Positions 54,546 through 60,894 of a stretch of 60,894 nucleotides of DNA are shown here, one piece after another (within the stretch, counting starts at the first letter, position 1; each line of letters begins with the position of its first letter). The DNA is from Gammaproteobacteria bacterium (GTDB lineage Bacteria; Pseudomonadota; Gammaproteobacteria; Steroidobacterales; Woeseiaceae), in assembly GCA_029881015.1 (NCBI GenBank), contig JAOUNK010000001.1:1-60894 (forward strand), given 5' to 3'. Both the position numbers and the translations under genes were made by a program. Below the pieces are notes generated by a model. The model was not told the DNA's origin, made no database searches, and saw nothing but the letters and a program-made list of their open reading frames with translations.

Positions 54546-56177
54546 ATGCACGGCTTGATGATGGACACACCCCTGCTTATTTCCTCGATCGCCAGACACG
54601 CGGAAAAATTTCACGGCGACCGCGAGATCGTGTCGGTCACCATGGACGATCCGCGGCATCGCTACACGATACGGGATGCCGTCCGGAGATCGCGGCAACT
54701 GGCCAACGCGCTGGCCAGGATGGGCCTGGAAACAGGCGATCGCGTGGCCACGATTGCGTGGAACGATTATCGGCACCTTGAGATCTACTACGGCGTCAGC
54801 GGCTCGGGCTACGTGTGTCATACGATCAATCCGCGGCTCTTCCCCGAGCAGCTCGTGTTTATCATCAACCACGCCGAGGATCGCTGGATCTGTACAGACC
54901 TGGTATTTGTGCCGCTGCTCGAGAAGCTGTTGCCACAGATTCCGAATGTCGAGGGATTCATCGTCATGACGGATGAAGCCCACATGCCTGACACGTCGCT
55001 GCCCAATGCCCTCTGCTACGAATCGCTGCTGGATGCCGAGTCGGCGGAGTTCGAGTGGCCCCTGCTCGACGAACGCACGGCCTCCGCGTTGTGCTACACG
55101 TCCGGGACGACAGGCGATCCGAAAGGCGTGCTCTACGACCACCGGTCGACGGTCTTGCACGCCTTCGCCAGCGTGGCGCCGGACGTCATGAATCTTTCGA
55201 GCCGTGATGTCGTGCTGCCCGTGGTGCCGTTGTTCCATGTCAACGCCTGGGGCATTCCCTATTCGGCGCTGATGGTTGGCGCGAAGCTGGTCTTCCCGGG
55301 ACCGAAGATGGGCGATGGCGAGGCGCTCTACGCGCTGCTCGAGGAGGAGAGAGTCACGGTGGCCCTTGGCGTACCGACCGTCTGGCTGGCGCTGCTGCAG
55401 TACTGTGAACAGGCCGGCAAGACCCTGGAGTCGCTGGACAGAACCGTCATCGGCGGTGCGGCGGTGCCGCGCGCCATGATCGAACAGTTCGAAAAAGTCC
55501 AGGACGTGCGCACCATCCAGGGCTGGGGAATGACGGAGATGAGCCCGCTGGGCACCGCGAACACGCCCAAGGCCGGACAGGAAGGCCTTGGCGACGAAGA
55601 GCGACTCGACCTTGCGACCAAGGCCGGTCGTGGCATCTTCGGCTGCGAGCTGCGCATCGTCGATGACCATGGGACTGAGCTGCCCTGGGACGGTGTCGCC
55701 TATGGCGCGCTGCAAGTTCGCGGCCCGTGGATCTGCAGCGACTATTTCAAGCTCGCGGGAGCCGGAGGCTCCCACAAAGAGGATGGTTGGTTCGATACGG
55801 GCGACGTCGCCACGATCGATGCGCAGGGATACATGGCGATTACCGACAGGACCAAAGACGTTATCAAGTCCGGCGGTGAATGGATCAGCTCCATCGAGCT
55901 CGAAAACGCCGCCATTGGGCACCCGGCGGTGGCGGAGGCGGCCGTGATCGGCGTTGCGCACCCCAAGTGGACGGAACGGCCTCTGCTGGTCGTGGTCGCC
56001 GCAAAAGGGCAGGAGATCGACAAGCAGGCGCTGCTGGCATTCTTCAAAGGCAAGGTTGCGGACTGGTGGATCCCGAACGATGTCGCCGTGGTCGACGAGC
56101 TGCCGCATACGGCGACCGGCAAGATCAAGAAGATTGAATTGCGCCGGCAATTCGCCGACTATGCGCTTCCTGAATAA
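54546..56177 (+). CDS. AMP-dependent acyl-CoA synthetase (long/medium-chain fatty-acid--CoA ligase type)
   Basis: YTSGTTGDPKGV, GWGMTE, GWFDTGD, SGGEWISS, GKIKK. The start is taken at the ATG at 54546, after AGAGGA. Confidence 0.9.
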   Translation: MHGLMMDTPLLISSIARHAEKFHGDREIVSVTMDDPRHRYTIRDAVRRSRQLANALARMGLETGDRVATIAWNDYRHLEIYYGVSGSGYVCHTINPRLFPEQLVFIINHAEDRWICTDLVFVPLLEKLLPQIPNVEGFIVMTDEAHMPDTSLPNALCYESLLDAESAEFEWPLLDERTASALCYTSGTTGDPKGVLYDHRSTVLHAFASVAPDVMNLSSRDVVLPVVPLFHVNAWGIPYSALMVGAKLVFPGPKMGDGEALYALLEEERVTVALGVPTVWLALLQYCEQAGKTLESLDRTVIGGAAVPRAMIEQFEKVQDVRTIQGWGMTEMSPLGTANTPKAGQEGLGDEERLDLATKAGRGIFGCELRIVDDHGTELPWDGVAYGALQVRGPWICSDYFKLAGAGGSHKEDGWFDTGDVATIDAQGYMAITDRTKDVIKSGGEWISSIELENAAIGHPAVAEAAVIGVAHPKWTERPLLVVVAAKGQEIDKQALLAFFKGKVADWWIPNDVAVVDELPHTATGKIKKIELRRQFADYALPE

Positions 56178-56200
56178 TCACCGGTTTTCGAGGAATCTCC

Positions 56201-56950
56201 ATGGCTGACCCCAAGCGCCTGTATGGGCTGAACGCACTCGTGCTGAACGCCGCCGACGGCATCGGCGAGGCAATCGCCCGGACGCTGGTCAAGCACGGTG
56301 CGACGGTCGTCGCAGCGGACACCGGCAACAGCGGTGTCGTACAGCATTACTCGTCTGTCAGGGGAATTACCGGGCGCGTCGCGAACCTGCTTGACCCGGA
56401 ACAACTCGCCGTGCTCGTGGACGAAACCGTCGACAAGCTCGGCGGACTGGATATCCTGGTGACGGACTTCCTGCTGCGGCAGGAGGCACCGCTCGCAAAG
56501 GTGGATGAAAAACTCGAGGCCGTGCTGAAACAGCGTGCGACGCTGGTCATGAGCGTCTGCCGGGCGGCGCTGCCGCATCTCAAGAAGAGTCCCTCGGGGC
56601 GGATCATCAATCTCGGATTCCTGCGCAGCTTCTTCACGGCAGATGGCGCCGACGCGAGTTTGCGTGCCGAGCGCGACCTAGCCAACCTGACCCGGGCTCT
56701 GGCGGCGGAAACCGGTGAATTCGGTATCACGGCCAATTTCATCCAGCCTGGCGCTGTCATGACGCCCGAGAGCCGCGAGGTATTCCGCAGGAACAAGGGG
56801 CTCCGCGATTACTGTATCCAGAGCTCCGCCGCGCGGCGACTCGGCGAGCCCGTGGACGTGGCCAAGGTGGCGCTTTTCCTCGCCAGCGACGACGCGGTGT
56901 TTGTCAGCGGTACGGGTGTCGCTGTCGATGGCGGTCGCCTGGCTAATTGA
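56201..56950 (+). CDS. SDR-fold protein with apparently degenerate catalytic residues
   Basis: Rossmann N-terminus ALVLNAADGIGEAIA and C-terminal SDR pattern ITANFIQPG...LASDDAVFVSGTGVAVDGG. The YxxxK position reads S...E by my alignment. Confidence 0.75.
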   Translation: MADPKRLYGLNALVLNAADGIGEAIARTLVKHGATVVAADTGNSGVVQHYSSVRGITGRVANLLDPEQLAVLVDETVDKLGGLDILVTDFLLRQEAPLAKVDEKLEAVLKQRATLVMSVCRAALPHLKKSPSGRIINLGFLRSFFTADGADASLRAERDLANLTRALAAETGEFGITANFIQPGAVMTPESREVFRRNKGLRDYCIQSSAARRLGEPVDVAKVALFLASDDAVFVSGTGVAVDGGRLAN

Positions 56951-57849
56951 TGCACCCGGTTCTCGATGACCTGATTTCACTGCTCAAGCTCGAGCGCATC
57001 GAGGAAAACATTTTCCGTGGTGTCAGCCGCGACATTGGCAGCCCGCAGGTTTTCGGCGGGCAGGTCCTGGGCCAGGCGCTGTCGGCCGCGCAACACACGG
57101 TGGAGGGCAGGGTTGCACATTCCCTGCATGGCTACTTCCTGCGCCGCGGCGACGTGAATGCACCGATCATCTACGATGTCGATCGTGCCAGGGACGGCGG
57201 CAGTTTTTCGAATCGACGCGTTGTCGCTATTCAGCACGGGCGACCGATACTCAACCTGGCGGCATCTTTCCAGGTGCCGCAGGAAGGCCTGTCACACCAG
57301 GCTGCAATGCCCGACGTTCCGCAGCCGGAGGGATTGAAGGACCTCACCCATCTCGCGGCTGATGTACTGGACAAGATCCCGGTGAAACTCAGGCGTTTCA
57401 TGACGGACGAACGGCCGTTCGAGTTTCGCCCGGTGGAACAGTCCGATCTCGAGGACCCGGCGCCGCGACCGCCGAGGAAGCACGTCTGGATTCGAGCGGT
57501 CGATGCCATGCCTGACAATGTGGCCTTGCACCAAAACCTCATGGCTTATGTCTCGGACTTCGAGTTGCTGGCGACGGCGACATTGCCACATGCTTTGCCG
57601 TTTACGCGTGGCAGTATATTGCTCGCGAGCCTCGATCACGCCCTCTGGTTTCATCGCGAGTTCCGCATGGATGAATGGTTGTTGTACGCTATGGAAAGCC
57701 CGAACGCATCGGGTGCGCGCGGCTATGCACGCGGACAGTTCTTTACCCAGGCGGGCGAACTGGTTGCCTCGACGACGCAGGAAGGGCTTATCAGGGTGGT
57801 CGACCCGAGCCGGTCGAAGCAGCGCTCAGACCCCAGGCACCAGGTCTGA
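56947..57849 (+). CDS. tesB: Acyl-CoA thioesterase II
   Basis: [14 protein letters not shown]...[11 protein letters not shown]...SLHGYFLR. Double hot-dog length (300 aa). Confidence 0.9.
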   Translation: MMHPVLDDLISLLKLERIEENIFRGVSRDIGSPQVFGGQVLGQALSAAQHTVEGRVAHSLHGYFLRRGDVNAPIIYDVDRARDGGSFSNRRVVAIQHGRPILNLAASFQVPQEGLSHQAAMPDVPQPEGLKDLTHLAADVLDKIPVKLRRFMTDERPFEFRPVEQSDLEDPAPRPPRKHVWIRAVDAMPDNVALHQNLMAYVSDFELLATATLPHALPFTRGSILLASLDHALWFHREFRMDEWLLYAMESPNASGARGYARGQFFTQAGELVASTTQEGLIRVVDPSRSKQRSDPRHQV

Positions 57850-58350
57850 ATTGAATCGCGCTGCGTTCCTGACATAGACATCCGCAGACCAGCGGATGTG
57901 CTTGATTTCTTCATCGCTCAGTTCCCTGGCCACTTTCGCCGGGGCGCCCAGGATCAGCGAACCCTCCGGGAATTCCTTGCCCTCGGTGACCAGCGCGTGC
58001 GCGCCAACCAGGCAATTGTTGCCGATCCTGGCGCCGTTGAGCACGGTGCTGCCGATGCCGACCAGGGAGTTGTCGCCGATGGTGCAGCCATGCAGCATGA
58101 CCTTGTGGCCGACTGTCACGCCATTGCCGACGACAAGTTCGATGGCCTCGTCGGTATGCAGGACGCTGCCATCCTGGATATTGCTGCGCGCGCCGATCGT
58201 GATCCAGTCGTTGTCGCCGCGCAGAACGCAGTTGAACCAGACGCTGGCCTGATCGCCGAGGCGGACGCTGCCGATGATCGACGCATTGTCGGCAATGAAG
58301 TGCCCGGCGCCCGCGAGTACCGGGGCGCGGTCGCCGAGCCGGTAAATCAC
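57826..58350 (-). CDS. Gamma-carbonic anhydrase-family hexapeptide-repeat protein
   Basis: Left-handed beta-helix repeats: [30 protein letters not shown]. Confidence 0.88.
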   Translation of the reverse strand: MIYRLGDRAPVLAGAGHFIADNASIIGSVRLGDQASVWFNCVLRGDNDWITIGARSNIQDGSVLHTDEAIELVVGNGVTVGHKVMLHGCTIGDNSLVGIGSTVLNGARIGNNCLVGAHALVTEGKEFPEGSLILGAPAKVARELSDEEIKHIRWSADVYVRNAARFNSDLVPGV

Positions 58351-59090
58351 TTGGCCTTGCCTTGCGCGGCGACGGCGGCTGCTGCCTTGGCGACCGCTTC
58401 GGGGTCGCCCAGGAACTCCCGCTTCAAAGGCTTGAGGTCGTCGTCAAGTTCGTAGGCGAGCGGGATGCCCGTGGGGATGTTGAAGCCGGTAATTTCTTCG
58501 TCGGACACCTCGTCGAGCATCTTCACCAACGCGCGCAGGCTGTTGCCGTGGGCCGCGATCAGGACGTCCTTGCCCGCCGCGAGATCGGGCGCAATGGCGC
58601 TTTCCCAGCAGGGCAGGACACGCTCGAGTGTCAGCTTGAGCGATTCCGCGCCGGGCAACCCGTCGATGCCCGCATACCGCGGATCGTGTCGTGGGTGACG
58701 TTCATCGTCATCGTCCAGCGGCGGTGGGGGAATGTCGTAGCTGCGCCGCCAGATGTGCACCTGTTCATCCCCGTACCTGGCCGCGGTCTCCGCCTTATTG
58801 AGCCCCTGCAGCGCACCGTAATGGCGCTCATTCAGGCGCCAGTCCCGCTCGACGGGGATCCACATCAGGTCCATCTGGTCGAGAATATGCCAGAGCGTGC
58901 GAATTGCGCGTTTCAGGACCGACGTATACGCGATGTCGAACCTGAACCCGAGTTCATGCAGCAGTTTGCCCGCGGCAACGGCTTCTTCGTTGCCCTGTTC
59001 AGTCAGGTCTACGTCCTGCCAGCCTGTGAACAGGTTCTTCAGGTTCCAGTCGCTCTGGCCGTGGCGGCAGAGTACAAGCTTTCCGGCCAT
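58347..59090 (-). CDS. gpmA: 2,3-bisphosphoglycerate-dependent phosphoglycerate mutase
   Basis: [42 protein letters not shown]. Confidence 0.95.
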   Translation of the reverse strand: MAGKLVLCRHGQSDWNLKNLFTGWQDVDLTEQGNEEAVAAGKLLHELGFRFDIAYTSVLKRAIRTLWHILDQMDLMWIPVERDWRLNERHYGALQGLNKAETAARYGDEQVHIWRRSYDIPPPPLDDDDERHPRHDPRYAGIDGLPGAESLKLTLERVLPCWESAIAPDLAAGKDVLIAAHGNSLRALVKMLDEVSDEEITGFNIPTGIPLAYELDDDLKPLKREFLGDPEAVAKAAAAVAAQGKAK

Positions 59091-59109
59091 ACTAACTCCG
59101 TGTCTGTAA

Positions 59110-60894
59110 TCAGGATGAAATCAGCTTGCGCAATTCCTGCGCAGCGACTGCCAGCGTAGCAAAGTCGATGTCTTCGCGTAGTTTCATTTCCTCGATGGTC
59201 TCAGTGAAGTTCTGTACCTCTTGCTCATGTTTCACGAGCCACCGCCGCGCGATCTCGCGCGCGTCCCGGGTACTGCGCCTGGTCAGCAGGTTGTCGCCGA
59301 TCTGGCGCCGCAGCCTGAAGAAGTCCTCGCGAAGAATGTTTCTCGCCTTGGCCTGCCACCGCCCCGAGACCTTGAGGTCTTCCGCCGAATTGTGGAGCCA
59401 CTGCAGCCCGAGTGCATCATTGAACGATGAGTACAGGCGCGCGGAATCGATGACATCGCGCTTGCGATCGGCAGCGAGGTCGACGATATCGACGGCCGCG
59501 CGCGTCACCAGCAGCAACGAAATCTTGTTGGCGAGTTTCTCTGGTACACCCATGTCGAGCCATGCGTCGTGAGCCTTGCCGATGCGTGCCTGGCTCGCTT
59601 TGGAGACATAGCTGCTCGAGCGGGCATAGATCTTCACCATGCCGGGTTTCAGACGCTCGACACACTTAACGACATCGAGGTTCTTGCCGTACTGCTCGAT
59701 CAGCCAGTAGCAGACGTGCCGCAGCGTGCGGCTGATCTCGAACATCATGAGCATCTGGGCTTTGGCCGGGACGACATGATCGAGCGCTTCAATTTCCTTG
59801 AACAGGGGGCGTGCGCCGCAAATGATGCGCGCGACTTCATAGGCGCGCGCCACGGTCAGAATGCTGGCGCCCGTATCCGACTGGGTGCGCTTGACGAACG
59901 TCGGGCCCATGCGATTGACAATGTCATTGGCGATCAGCGTGGCGAGAATCTGCCGGCTCAGGCGATGCAGTGGTATCAGGTCTGAGTAACGACGGCGCAG
60001 TACGTCCGGGAAGTAGCGTTCCGGGTCGATTTGCAGGAAGTCTGTCAATGAGTCGTCCGACCTGATCAGCCCGTTGTACAGATCGATCTTGGCGTAGCTC
60101 AAGACGACCGCCAGTTCCGGGCGTGTCAGGCCCTGTTTACGCTGGCGCCGGTCCTCGATTTCAGCCTCATCGGGCAGGAATTCGAGATCGCGGTCCAGCT
60201 CCCCGGTACGTTCCAGGTCGGTGATCAGTCTCGCGAACTCGTCCAGGCGCTCGGCAGACGACATCTCGCTCATGCTGATCGACTGGGTCTGCAGGTAGTT
60301 GTTGCGTAATACCAGGTTCGCGACATCGTCGGTCATGGACGCCAGCAGCTCGTTGCGCTTTTCGCGCGGCATGTTCGTCTGCTTCGTAACGAGGCTGAGC
60401 AGGATCTTGATATTGACCTCGCGGTCGGAACTGTCCACGCCGCCGGAGTTGTCGATAAAGTCGGTGTTGATACGACCGCCATGCATACTGAACTCAACGC
60501 GTGCGCGCTGCGTCAGTCCGAGGTTGCCGCCTTCACCGATGACTTTGCATCGCAACTCGTCGGCATCGACACGCAACGCATCGTTGCTGCGATCGCCGAC
60601 GTCCGAGTGGCCTTCGCTGCTGGCTTTGACATACGTACCGATACCGCCGTTCCAGAGCAGGTCGACGTCGGCCTTCAGTATGGCCCTGATCAGATCGTCG
60701 GGTTGTACGGATACTTCTTCGATGTCCAGCAGTCTGCGAGCTTCCGGGCTCAGCTTGATGGTCTTTGCCTGCCGCGAGAAAACTCCGCCGCCCTTGGAGA
60801 TCAACGCCTCGTTGTAGTCATCCCAGGTAGAACCGGCCTTGCGGAACAGGCGGTGGCGTTCCTTGTAGCTGACGGCCATATCCGGGTCGGGGTC
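59110..60894 (-). CDS. gdhB: Large NAD-specific glutamate dehydrogenase, C-terminal ~594 codons; N-terminal part beyond window edge
   Basis: [48 protein letters not shown]. The frame stays open to the window end. Confidence 0.9.
   Translation of the reverse strand, partial: DPDPDMAVSYKERHRLFRKAGSTWDDYNEALISKGGGVFSRQAKTIKLSPEARRLLDIEEVSVQPDDLIRAILKADVDLLWNGGIGTYVKASSEGHSDVGDRSNDALRVDADELRCKVIGEGGNLGLTQRARVEFSMHGGRINTDFIDNSGGVDSSDREVNIKILLSLVTKQTNMPREKRNELLASMTDDVANLVLRNNYLQTQSISMSEMSSAERLDEFARLITDLERTGELDRDLEFLPDEAEIEDRRQRKQGLTRPELAVVLSYAKIDLYNGLIRSDDSLTDFLQIDPERYFPDVLRRRYSDLIPLHRLSRQILATLIANDIVNRMGPTFVKRTQSDTGASILTVARAYEVARIICGARPLFKEIEALDHVVPAKAQMLMMFEISRTLRHVCYWLIEQYGKNLDVVKCVERLKPGMVKIYARSSSYVSKASQARIGKAHDAWLDMGVPEKLANKISLLLVTRAAVDIVDLAADRKRDVIDSARLYSSFNDALGLQWLHNSAEDLKVSGRWQAKARNILREDFFRLRRQIGDNLLTRRSTRDAREIARRWLVKHEQEVQNFTETIEEMKLREDIDFATLAVAAQELRKLISS

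Noticed and set aside
54486-56150. 554-aa minus-strand ORF.
   Set aside because: It is the shadow of the acyl-CoA synthetase gene, whose AMP-binding motifs (YTSGTTGDPKGV) are on the plus strand.

Overview
High-GC (by eye roughly 60%) proteobacterial, most likely gammaproteobacterial, chromosomal segment. It is densely coding on both strands, with about 58 protein genes. I recognised no rRNA, tRNA, CRISPR array, transposase, integrase or phage genes. Gene order, left to right: (1) cbb3 oxidase ccoNOQP, with ccoP cut by the window edge; (2) a cytoplasmic PAS-PAS hybrid histidine kinase; (3) SirB-like, tandem-USP, DksA/TraR and FixJ-type genes; (4) a TetR-HlyD-ABC-ABC2 exporter operon; (5) a GTP cyclohydrolase II homologue and queF; (6) a cyanophycin cluster cphB-cphA-cphA'; (7) an alpha/beta hydrolase plus an EVE protein; (8) DUF47-PiT, ggt and an MFS transporter; (9) an ArsR-SRPBCC pair; (10) an agmatine/putrescine-type catabolic cluster (GS-like, IclR, NhaC-like, puuD, puuA, class-III aminotransferase, agmatinase, TetR); (11) a 952-aa receiver-TM-helical repeat-TonB_C protein; (12) divergent thrS/glnS; (13) two damaged acyl-CoA dehydrogenase genes followed by yhhQ and a DUF62 SAM hydrolase; (14) moaA-moaC-mobA-moaD-moaE; (15) MaoC, a CysK-glutaredoxin fusion, a nitrilase and a TonB-dependent receptor; (16) acyl-CoA synthetase-SDR-tesB, gamma-CA and gpmA; (17) the 3' part of a large NAD-glutamate dehydrogenase. 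Most of this is ordinary housekeeping or catabolic content. The items most worth a second look are: the receiver-fused TonB-like protein; the cphA/cphA' pair; the CysK-Grx fusion; the in-frame amber codon and internal deletions in the two acyl-CoA dehydrogenase genes; and several clean palindromic elements in intergenic regions (TetR operator with interdigitated promoters, ArsR operator, thrS/glnS inverted repeat). All family calls come from reading the translations by eye. No database search was possible, so any claim of novelty is unverified.
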